A stretch of 64,000 nt of DNA from Monocercomonoides exilis PA203 (Eukaryota; Protista; Preaxostyla), in NCBI GenBank assembly GCA_001643675.2, contig LSRY02000020.1, positions 744,001 through 808,000 of the forward strand. The letters are read 5' to 3'. The notes beneath the pieces were generated by a model. It saw only the letters and a program-made list of their open reading frames with translations. It was not told where the DNA came from and ran no database searches. A program made the position numbers and the translations under genes. This document shows positions 23,501 to 35,513 of the stretch, piece after piece; within the stretch, counting starts at the first letter, position 1; every line of letters starts with the position of its first letter.

Positions 23501-26500
23501 AGGAAAGCACTCAGAAGAAGCAGGAGAGCAGCGATGAAAGGAGAGGGAAAGGAGAATGAGATGAAGGAAAGGGAAGAAGGAGAAGAAGGAGGAGAAGGGA
23601 AAGGGATAAAGACAGAGAATGACAATAAAGTTGCTGTGAGCACTGAATGCAATAACAATAATGAAATTGCTCCACTTGAAGAAAAAGAAATAAGTGCATC
23701 TTCAGATTTAACGTCAAAACCAGAAATAAATACTGAATCTTCCACAATCTCTTCTTCCATTCCACCAACATCACCACCGGAAAGTGCATCCAATCCCTCT
23801 CAAACAGATCAATCAACGCAGTCAACTATTTCATCAGAATCATCTGAGTCATCAGAAGCATCAAAAACATCACAGACATCACAGACATCGCAAGCATCGC
23901 AAGCTTCGCCTTATCTCCGCTCCGAGTCATTGTACCAACGCTATCTCTCTTCCTCACAGTCTGCATTCTCTGACACACCTGCTTCTAATCCCACAGCTTC
24001 CCTGTCTATTCAACCAAAGACAGACTTCACCATCACACAACCAAAACCATCCCCCCAGTCTTTGAAATCTCTTTCCGCCTCGTATCTCACTGAATCTCTT
24101 CGTGTTCCTCTTCCTTTCCCGCTCAACCGCTTCCTCTCCATCGAGCAGCTGAAGGCAGTTTTTGCTTCGCTTCCAGACGGCTTCCTTCCCCGTGTGCTTG
24201 TTCCAAAGGCCGACCCGTCGCTTCTGGCGCCTGTCACATTCAAAGACACAACAAGGGCAAAAGAGAAGGAGAAAACAAACAGCGCAGCAGAGGGGGAGAT
24301 GAAAGGGATAGGAAATAAAGTGGAGATGGGGAACCAGACAAAGGGAGGCATTGCAGGCAGTGCTGATAATTCGGCTTCTTCTTCTTCCTCTGTCGCTTCT
24401 TCTCTGCTATCGTCATCTTCTGTTGGCAGTTTGGATATTCCTTCAAAGACGAGCAGTTTTGATGGCTCATCTTTCTTTTCTCGCGCGTCTGCCTCGGTTT
24501 CTTCTTCTCCTTCCTCTTTTTCCTCTTCTACAACGTCAGTAGCATCAGCTCCATCAGCAACCACTTCGACTTTATTTCCTCCTTCCTATTCGGATTACTC
24601 AGCTACTGCTACATCTTCTACTCCCGATGGATCAGGAACAACAACCTCTTCTTCCTCTCCTTCTTCCTCTTTATCATCCTCCTCCTCCTCTTCTTCTTCC
24701 TCTTCTTCTTCTCCCAACCCATCCAGTTCCCCCTCAGACGCAACCACAATAATGCCTGCCCCACCCACATTTCTTCCCACCGGTGCTTGTGGTGTAGTAG
24801 TCGGTAACATCGATCCATTAACAGTCATTTTACAGGTCACTTCCTCCAAACAGCTTCAGAACGACTCTCTTCCCTTTCCCAGCCTGCCATCGACTCAGCT
24901 GCCTCACCCGCTCAACAACCCTTTCCTCAAAACACGCTCTTCTCCATCTGCGCTGCTCGCCTCGTGTGTTTCTTTCGGGTCGCTTTCTTCGCCGCCGGAA
25001 AGTCAAATGGCAGCAGACCGGCCGTGGCTAATGTATTGTGATTTGTCGTTCAATTACATCGGCGCATTAAAAATTGGAGAGGAAATGGAGTTTTATTTGA
25101 AGTCGTTTAGAAAGAGAGCGAGGAGAGGTTTGACATGGATGCTGAAGAAGATGATTGCGAAGGAAAGAGAAGAGGCAATAAAAAATGAAAGGAGAAGCAA
25201 AATAATTGGAAGAGAGAAGAAGAAAAGAGGCAGAAAAAGGAATAATGCTTATCAAAGTGATGAAGAAAACATCTCAACAGAAGAAGAGGAGGAGGAGGAG
25301 AAAGATGAAGATGAAGGTGAAGAAGATGAAGATGAGGAGGAAGAAGAAGAGAATGAAGAAAATCAAACTAAAACTTTAACGCAAGAAGAAAGAAATAGAA
25401 TGAAGGAGGAAATGAAAGTGATAAATGGACTTTTCCGCGAAAGGAAAGAGGTTTATGATCCACATTTATTAGCTCAGAAGTCACAAAATGAAGAAAGAAA
25501 AGAAGGAAATCACAAGTTGAATGAAAAAGATGAAAAAGAAGATAAAGAAGGAGAGATTGAGAAAAGTGAAATTCAGAAGAATGTGCAAGAAACTGAAAGC
25601 GGTTTTGGAAATGAAGAGGAAAACGAGGAATCAGTGAACGAAGAAAGAAAAGCGGATCAACCAAAGAAAGAAATTTTGATTGATGAAAAAGATAGTTCTG
25701 CTGAACAACAAACGCAAATAACGAAGAAAGAAGACAAAAAGTTAAAAAAACGAAAAAGACAGAAAGAAAAAGAAGGATCAGAAGAAGGTTCAACAACATC
25801 AACATCATCATCATCAGAAGCATCATCAGAAGAACCAGCAGAATCGTTCACAGACAGCGGGACACAAGAAGATGACTGGAAGGAGACGGTGGAAGAGGAG
25901 GAGAATTCAAGCACATCAGCCACCACAGACTCTGAGGAGAGGGAGAAGGAGAGGCGAAAGAGAAGAGAACAGCGAGAAAGGGAGATTATTGACAGAAAGA
26001 ACGCAGAAAGAATGAAGCTGCAGGAGAAGTTCAAGTTGAGGCTTGAGCAGCTGGAAATGCAGAGGAAAAGGATGAAAGAGAGGGAGAAAAGAGAGAAAAT
26101 GGAAAGAAGAAAAATGAAAGGCAAAAACAAACAAGGCAATAAAAAGGAAGACGGAACTGCTCAAAAAGGAGAATATAAGCAAAAGAAACCATCTTCTTTT
26201 TCAACTCCATCAAAAGACCAACCAATCACTTTGCCTCCTCTCTATCGCCCTCCAAATAAACTAAAAAAATCAAAATCTTCTTTCTCAGAGAAGAAAACGG
26301 TGTCTGACTCTTTCTCCTCCTCCAGTCTGCACCACATGCATTCTTCTGCATTTCCCAAGCTCGAATCAATCGATCGGCCTGCTACTGCGTCGCACTCAGC
26401 AAAAAAGAAAGTTAAGCAGAAGCAACATCAGCAACAACATCAGATGAGGATGAAGCAGATGAAGCACAAGGCCAATAAAGGATACATCCCTCGTGTGGAT

Positions 26501-28315
26501 ACAGAATTCCTTGCCACAACTGCTTCATTCAAGCCAACCTTGTTTTCGCGCTTTGTCTATTCGCGCACGTTCACCCAGCTTGTCTACCTCTTTCTGTCAA
26601 ACACATCACGCCCGCTGCTCCGCTGCCTGTCGTCTTCAGTTCATCCGCTGAATGAGCTGCCGTGGTGGATTGGCAGTGGAGTGGGGCTGTTTGAGTGGGA
26701 GTACTGCAGACGAAGGAGGAAAGCGCTGAAGGAGGAGATGAGAAAAGTGCTGGGGGTGGCGAGGAATAACTTGTGGAGGTTGGAATATAAGAGGGAGAAG
26801 AGAAGAAGAGAAAGAGAAAGAGAAAGAAACAATTGGAAAGCAAAAGAAAGCGAGGGATCAGACAAAAATGAACAAAAAGAAGCACTTTCATTTTTCGAAT
26901 CTATTCCACAGCCACTTGGACAAGCAACGAATGATATTACCAACTTCACAGCTTCTGAAGCAAATCCACAAAACTTGAACAGTCAAAAGGAACAAGCTGA
27001 AGAAGCAGTATTGTCTTCTGATCTGGCTGCAGTGATTATGGCACTTCCTCTCAACTCTCCTTCATTTATGGAGTTCTTTTTGAGACACATGCGAATGTTG
27101 GAGAAAGAAAAGATGCTGAAATCCTTGAGAAAACCAAATGAAATAAAAAGGAATAAAATAACAGAAGGTAAAAATGATTGGAAGAGTTCTGATGAAAAAG
27201 AGTCAAAAGATGCAAAAGACAAAAAAGAAGGAAAAGATGAGAAGCAGCAAAATGTGCCAGTTATTGAAGAGAATTCTAATACAAACACGAATATCAACAC
27301 AACAATATCACCAACTGAATCAGCAATCATCGCATCCGTCCGCAATTCTCAAACCACTTCTCCTTTCACACCCTCTTTTTCTTCTTCTTCTTCTCTTTCT
27401 TCTTCTTCCTCCTCTTCCTCTTCTCCTTCTCCTCATCGCTCTCCTCAGATGCTCCCAACAACTCGCATGGTCCGCTCCAAAGTGCGACACACTTTTGATC
27501 AGATGGCAATGGACGAAGACGATTCACTGCCTCATCTCCCGCCGCATTTCGGAGGTGTATCTTATCACAAGCAGCGCATGGCAAGAAGAAGAGAAAGAGA
27601 AAGAGAAGTTGTGTGTGCTTCGAACGGGGTGGAGTTTGAGGAAGGAGCTGCGATGGAAGCGAACTATGAGGAAGAAGAAGAAGATGATGGTGACGATAAG
27701 AAGGAGAGTGATGGTAACGAAGATGAAGAGAATAACGAGGAATCAAACAAAGAAGACGAGAAGGCAAAGAAAGCAGTTGAAGATTCGAGCACTGAAAGGA
27801 ACGTATTGTCTGCTGAAGGCAGTAATCCTGAGGAAACAACAGAGCAGCCAAGTTCTGATCCATTTTCACTGACTGATCTTGTTCCTTATTCTTATAATCA
27901 ATACATGCTCCACCAGCCAGGCACTCCATGCACACCACATTCATTCCATCAGCAGAACAACAGTATTTCTATGGAAGGATCCTTTTCTGTTTCTGCTTCT
28001 TCTTCTTCAGCAGCAGCTCTTCAGCTTTGCCCTATCTGCTTCCCCCCATTCAGAGATGTGGCTATCAACGTTTTCTCTCCACGTGTCGACAGAATGACGG
28101 GAAGTCCTTCCATTTCAGCTGCATCTTCGCCTTCCTCTTCTTCTTCTTCTTCTTCTTCTTCTTCTTCATCGTCTTCTTCATCTTCTTATTATCCACACTC
28201 CACTTTATCGTCTTCTTCCTCGTCTTCTTCAAATTCCCTGTTCAAAATGGATATGAAGTTGGACTCATCCACTTCATCTCCTTCTGCTTTATCTCCTTCT
28301 GTTACATCTTTCTCC

Positions 28316-28346
<31 letters not shown>

Positions 28347-31300
28347 CCTTTTTGAGAGATCATTCGGATTCTCCTCTGTCACATTCCATTCCTCTTCCTT
28401 CCTCAGACACTTTGATGCCTTCTCCTCCTTCTTCTCCTCTTGTCTCTTCTTCTCCTCCACACAATTCACAATCACCCACTTCTCCTGTTGCGTTAGAGCC
28501 TTCATCCATTTCTTCTTCTTCTTCTCCTCCTCCTCCTCCTCTTCCTTCTCTTCTTCTTTCTTCTTTTTCTTCAAATGAATCATCTTGCAATGCACCTTCA
28601 TCTTTTCCTTCTTCTGATGATGGTTTACTTCAATCTCCACTGAATTCTTCTTCTGTCAACATTCTTTCTTCACCAGAAACACTTCACAAGCACATCAAAG
28701 AAATGAGCATGAAGCATTTTGATGAAATAGAACGCTCCATAAATGCAAAGAAATCAGCACATAATCATCAAAAGAAACAAGAATTTGAAAATCAAAATGA
28801 AAAGACTAAGAATTCTGATAATTATAATACAAAAAATAGCATCATTTTGGAACAATCACTCCGTAACAATTCATCTCAATTAGACAAAATGACAGCAAAT
28901 GAAGCTTCTGGTAACACAACAACAGCTACACCATTAAATGAGCTATCCAACCCACAAACCGAATCATCCGCATCTTCTTCTGATAAATCTCCACAAGATG
29001 CTTCAATTCCTTCATCCAATTATTGTTCCTGTTCTAATTCACAATCACAATCGCAACCTCAATCTCAGTCAATTTCACAAACGCAATCCCTTCCTCAATC
29101 GAAACCACCCACCCGCTCGCACAAGCACTCGCCTTCTCCTCCTCCTCTCCATCGCCCTTCGCTCCGCATCCACAACGTTGCATGTGCCGAGACACAAGGC
29201 TTGCGTCCTTCAATGGAAGACTCCTGCCTGCTTGTCCCTGTTGATGGCTGGGACATCGAAAAATTGGTAGAAAATGGAGAGAAGAGGATTCTGTACAGAA
29301 TTTTGAGTTATCCGGCGGAGTTGAGGTTTACAAAGAGAGGAATGGAGATGATGAACAACAGAGAATTCAGATTGTGGAATAAGAGAATGGAAAGAAGAAA
29401 GAGAGAAAGAGAACAACAACAACAAATGCAGTCAAAAGAAAAGATAAACAAAGCAGATGATGCAGTATGTAGCAAAGATAGCAAAGATGAAGAAAACAAT
29501 AGTGTTTCAAGGAATAATTCTCGATTTCCTTCTCCTGTATCATCCTCAGTCATCTTCCAGAAATCGCTCTCGCTGCGTGCTGCAAACAAAAAACTCCTTT
29601 CTTCCATTTCTCCTTCTCCTCCTTTACCTTCATCAACTCCATTGTCTCCTCTTCTTTCATCATCATCATCTTCTTCTTCTTCTTCAACACAAACCACAGA
29701 AACATGCCCGTATTTCTCTCCTTCAATCAAAGGGTGCGGAATCTACGCTGTTTTTGATGGCCACAAAGGACCCCAATCTGCTTTGTTCCTTTCTTCCCAT
29801 TTTGTCGCTGCTTTTGTTGAAGAAGCGAATAAGTTGATTGATTCAGATGTGTTCAAAAGAAAGAGGAAAGAGGAAATGAAAAAAGAGGAAGAAAAGAAAA
29901 ATAAAGAACAGAAATGCAATAAAGATGAAGCAGACGATGAAAATGGCACCAGAAAAGGATCTTTTAACACTCAGTTTTATAAATCGTCATCTTGCTTGTC
30001 TTTTTCTGCTTCTTCACCACATCTTTCTCCTTCTCTTTCTACAGCCTCATCATCATCTTCTTCTTTTTCCCCATTGCCTCAGTCACTTATTCCCTTGCTC
30101 CTCACCAACACACTCAACCATCTCTCTCATGAAATCCAGCATGTCTACCACATTCCCGATGGCTCCTGTGCTGTTGTCGCTGTTGTCACCCCTTCAAAAG
30201 TGTTTGTCGCAAACGTGGGTGACTCAAGAGCTGTTCTTGTTTCTCGGTTCTTCCCAAAAATGGCAAAGATGAGGATTTCGAGCGAAGAAATTGTAAATGG
30301 AAGCAAAGAGAAGAAAGAAGCAGAGAAGATGAATGAAAAGGATGGGGAAAGGAGTTTCTCTCAGAAGGAAAGCGAAATTCGCTTTGAAGAGATCAAAAAC
30401 AACAGTTTAGAACATAATTCACCATCGCACTCCAGTTCACGTGCTGTCAACACAAAAGAAGATGAACTTCAAAAAGAACGAGAAGAGAGAAAGAGAGAAA
30501 GAGAGTTGAGAGCAGAAAGAGAAAGGAAGATGATGCGGAATCCGATTTATCCAAATCTCGATTTGTTCACCTCGTTCTGTCCAACAAAACAAGAATTGCC
30601 TTTTGTTTCTGGTGAAAACGAAGAGAAAGGTGGAAATGTGATTGAAGAAGATGAAAAGGAAGTGGAAATGGAGGATGAAAAAGACAATGTTTATGCTAAT
30701 GAAGAAGAAAAGCATGAGAAAGTGGATTGTGACGAAAATAAAACGGAGCATCCAGATGTTTTGGAGAAAGAGAATGAAGCAAACGAAAAGGACTCTTCAG
30801 AAGATGACCGTTCGTCCATTCTCACTATTTCCTCAGACAGTTCACAGGACTTCGTTTCACCAGAGACGGAAATAACAAAATCGAGTGAGAAAGAAGAGGG
30901 GCAAAATGAAGGTAATGCGTTGATTGAAAGCGAAGAAAACAAAGAAATTTGGAACGATGGAAAAGAAGAGATGGAAGAAGTGCAATTAAAGAATGATGTT
31001 GTCAAGGAAAATGTTGTTGCTTCTGAAGAAGTTGTCAAAGATAAGATGGATGAAGAAATTATACCAAAGGATAACTCAAAAAGTGACACCAAAGAATTCA
31101 CTGACATTGTGCATTCGTCATTCGAAGAATCAGGAAACAAAGAAACTCCAACTGTTCCACTCAAAGAAGGCAAAGCAGAAGAGAAAGAGAAAACAAAAGA
31201 AGAGGACGAAAAAGAAGAGAAAACAGCAACTGTAACCACAACTGAGTCTAAAGATGAAGAAGTGGAAATTAAAGAGGCAGAAGAAAAGCCAAAAGTAACA

Positions 31301-34300
31301 GAAAACATTATCAGTGAAGATATTAAATCAATCCTTCCATTACAGCCCATTGAAATAGATAGTCAAAATGGAACTGAAAAGAAAGAGGAACGCATAAATT
31401 CAATTGCCAAGGAAATTTATGATTTGTTCACTCCGTCTCAATCGGATGAGACACAAAGTGATACGAATAATGGAAAACAACAAGATGATCAAAGCAATAA
31501 TGAACAGCCAGTTAAAGACACTGCAGTTTCTTCCTCATCCGTTCCAGCTGAAAGCTCTGCCGCATCTTCTTTTGAACATGTTTTAATGCAGCCAGCCTCA
31601 GAGAACTTTGACCCAACAATTCCTGCTCTAACTGCAGACTCTCCATTCACCAAAGTGGTTTCGTCTTCTTCCTCATCCTCATCCAGCACCAACTCTCCCA
31701 CGTCTTCCTCCAGCGAGTCCACCTTTGCCTCTTTCGACTTCTCTGATGATCTTGAATTCACTCCCACCGCGCCCGTCCGCATTGTCACTGCATCTGCCAT
31801 TCCGCGCGCCAGAACACGCGTCTTGCACCATCTCCCTCTCAACCAGCGGAGACTGCTGATGCAACCGTATTCCGTGGGCAACCGCCTGCACTCGAGCAAA
31901 GGCAAAGAAAAAGACAGCAGAAGAGAAAAGAGCAAAAATAGGAACAGAAGATCAGCTTCAGCATCGTCAAAGACAAAGCACTCATCGTCTGCTGTGCTTG
32001 CGCCGGCTGCACACTCAGAAAGCAAACGCATTCGGACACACAAGTCAACATCTCCTTCTTATTCCACGTCGATGCACAGGCACCGCCACCATCGTCATCG
32101 CCATCATCATCACATGCAGTTTCCACCACTCACCACAACAAACCCTTTCGTCTCGCCTGCTGCTTTGTCTTCTTCAATGTCTTCTTTGTCTGCTTCCTCA
32201 ACATCATTGCTGTCTTCTTCTGCTATTGCTTCTTCATCTTCTTCTGTAACTTCTGCTTCAGCTGCGTCTGTTGTTGTCACACCGATTCCTGCCTCGTCAA
32301 TCTCTGGAATGAACATGCGCAGTGACCTGGGGCAATCAAAGCGGTTCCATCATCTTTTGCTTTCATCAGGGAATGACATGAAGACGATGATGGGGATGTC
32401 GGGACTGCCTTATTCGCTTCCGCAGAACGACAAGGGAGTTGAAATTGAGAAAGAGAAAGATATTGCAAGAGAAAAAGAAAAGGAGAAAGAGAAGAGGAAA
32501 GAGAATGAGAGACGGATGGAAAAGATAATAAGAGCTCGTTCTGAAAAGAGCCTGAAGGAGAAAGAGAAGCAGCACATTCAGCATTCACAATCAAAACATC
32601 TAATTCATTCTGACTCTTTCTCTTCAACTACTAACAGTTCAGAACTGAAAACACACCACAAACATTCTGAAAGCAGTAAAAAGGATACAAAGCAGAAGAA
32701 TTCGTTTGATGAAACAAACAGCACAGCCAGCAGCTCAAAACGCAGTGGGCTTTCTCGGCATGGTTCTGGCAGCCTCAAAACATCGTCTTCTAAGTTGCAT
32801 CTATCGCATGGACATGACTCAAGAAAGGGAGAGGGAGACAGCGAAACAGAAAATAAAAGCGTTAATTCAAGTACAACAAAAAGCAGAAAGAGAAAAGATG
32901 GATCGCGCACGCCATTGACTGAGTCTCCTTCCTCTGCTTCTCTGCACTCTGTTTCGCGCAATGGCCATTCAACTCCCTTTGTGCGTTCTCCGTCGAATGA
33001 CATGTTGTATCAGATGAGGCAAGGAAACGGGGTGAGGCTGACGCCTTATTCCATCCAGCCATCTTCAAACACATACACTCCATCCTCGCTCTCAAACAAT
33101 GTTTCGCCACTTCCTTCTCCTTCTCCTCTCCCTTTGCCCCCGCTCCCTTCTCCTTCTCCTTCTTGTTCTGCACCTTATTCTTCGCCTTCACCTTCACCAA
33201 TCGCACGGATGAACCAACAAAAGATACTGTATGAACAGAACTACACAGTTGCAGTGACCTCAGCTGCCAATCTTCTGATGAAGTCATTTCGCTCTTTCTC
33301 TTCTTCTTTGTCTTCGTTTCCTTCACAAAAATTAGCTAAGAAAGATTCGCGTGCTGCTCCTTCAACTTCAATTCGTTCAGCGTTTTCTTCTCTAGCTTCT
33401 GCCTTTTCACGCTCATCTTCTTCATCTTCTTCATCTTCAAAGCAAAGCATCCCATCAACTCCTCCTTCTGTTTCTGTTCCTTCTCCTCTCATGCAGTCTC
33501 AATCTCGCAGTTCTCCTTCCTCATTCACAAAATCATCCTCTGCGTCCATCACATTTGCTCCTCCGACGCCTTCCTGCTATCTCCGCGAGTCAATCTTCCG
33601 TTCTTCATCGCCGTTTGTCCATGTTGTTGGTAAGCCCCTCACAATCGACCATAAGCCACTCCATCCTCGTGAGCTCGCCTTCATCCGCTCCGCCGGCGGC
33701 TTTGTGAATCTGGACCGCAGAGTGAATGGCATCTTGGCTGTTGCTCGCTCAATGGGCGATGAAGATTTACATCCGGCTGTGGATTCAGAGCCAGATGTGT
33801 TTGAATACAGCATAAACCGATGGAACGCAGTTCACGTAGATCTATCTGATGCGATGTCAGATGATGAAATCATTACTGTTTCTCACGAGATCAAAAGTGA
33901 TCGTAGTCAAAATACTGACAATTCGACAGATTTGCAGAAATCTATCTATTATGGAAAACAAGAATCCAAAGAAGCAAGCATATCAAATGAAAGTTTGCAT
34001 TCATATGTAGGGTCATATGCATCTCAATCATTAAAGAGCCAACCATCAACTCACTCATTGCCACAGCATAGAACATCTAATTCAAATTCCAGTCCTTATT
34101 CTAGTGCCTCTCTTTCTCAGTCATCATCTCCATCACTCAGCCTCTCCCCAGCCATTAACAGCACGCAAGCATCTCTGAAGCAGATCGTTCTTCCCAATCC
34201 AGTCTTCCCTCTCTCCCACATCCCTGTGTCGCTTGCACATATTCTAGACGAATGGCTCAAAGATCCTGTTCCATACAAGACTGTCCATCACGAACAGCAG

Positions 34301-34948
34301 ACTGATGAAACCAAGCCAACAATTCTGTTAAAGACGTTCATCGCTGCGCAGACATCACAGCAGCGAAAGGCAATGTCTTTGCTAACACAAACGAAATGGA
34401 CTCCTCGCATTTGCATGCAGCTAAAGCCTTCTTTACCTGCAAATGCGCTTCATTTACAGACCTCTGCCTCTATTGCTTCTGGTGATAATAACAATGCAAT
34501 GTACTCTTCTTCTAATGCAGAAATATCAACATCAACTGTATCTGAGTCAACAACCATTGTGTGCAGTGGCTGGAAGCGTGAAGACATTGCACTTGTGTTG
34601 GGTTGCGATGGATTGTTCGATGTCGTTGATAATCAGCTTCTTGCTGAGCTTGTCTGCCCTTGGATGGAGGAAGACAATGAAGACATTCTGTCAGACCCTG
34701 TTTTCACTGCACCAGACTCAGATTCCGAAGAGGAAGAAACTACTTGTGAAGGAAATGTTGATAAATGTAATTCGTCATCAAGGAAAGAACAGTCTCAAAT
34801 GGAACAAAGAAACCAGAAATCTTATTCATGTAAATGTCATCGTCTTACCAAAGGAAAGTTGGCTGAGCTTTCCGCTCTTCGTCTTCGTTCGTGTGCTGAT
34901 GCCCTTGATTCCCTTGACAACATTAGTATTATTGTTGTTATGCTCTAA
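20565..34948 (+). CDS. Leucine-rich-repeat plus PP2C/PPM phosphatase protein (about 4600 aa), PHLPP-like architecture
   Basis: Five small 5' exons with LxxLxLxxNxL repeats splice (last intron 21870-22112) into the 4229-aa ORF. PP2C motifs GLRPSMED, VFDGHKG, VANVGDSRAVL, LTIDHKP, RVNGILAVARSMGD, LGCDGLFD and DNISIIVV appear in order. Confidence 0.9.
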
Positions 34949-35513
34949 TCGAGTAATTTAAAAATTTTTCGTTTAGAATAATTATGTTTTGTGGAAAGGA
35001 AGGGGAGCTTGCAATTTAATAATCTTTCTCTTATTTTATGATGTGTTAGTATTTCATTCGATAAAATTTACAAATGTTTAAGTTTATGAATTCAAGAAAT
35101 TATTGCTACAGTTTTTTCGCTTTATAACAGATTGATCACAATTTTCTCTTCTGGAAGTTTTAATGAAATGAGCTCCTTATTCAAAGCATAACTTTTTGAT
35201 CTTATCAATTTTGCTTCTTTTGGAATCCCACTTGAGATCAGATTCCAAAACAAGTAACTGTTTATATGAATTTATCTTCTTTTTGAAAGTGATGTTGAAA
35301 TTCACTACGAACTTTGCCAACGATTTGTCTTTCCTTTTATCACATGTTGTATATTTTGATTGTAATTTCATTTTTTTTCATTTGATTATTTCTTCTTTAT
35401 TCTATGTAATAATGTCTTGTTTCGAAGCAATAAAAATTTAAAATAGAAAGATTTAAACAGTAAAAATTTTTTTCAAATATCATCCGACTATAAAAGAAAA
35501 AAAAAAGTCAAAG

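Noticed and set aside
22259-34948. Adenylyl cyclase (fungal Cyr1 has LRR plus PP2C)
   Set aside because: The ORF stops directly after the last PP2C strand and no cyclase domain follows.
35177-35441. Small ORFs between the PP2C gene and the 816-aa gene
   Set aside because: No motif and no convincing splice link to either neighbour; probably 3' UTR or intergenic.
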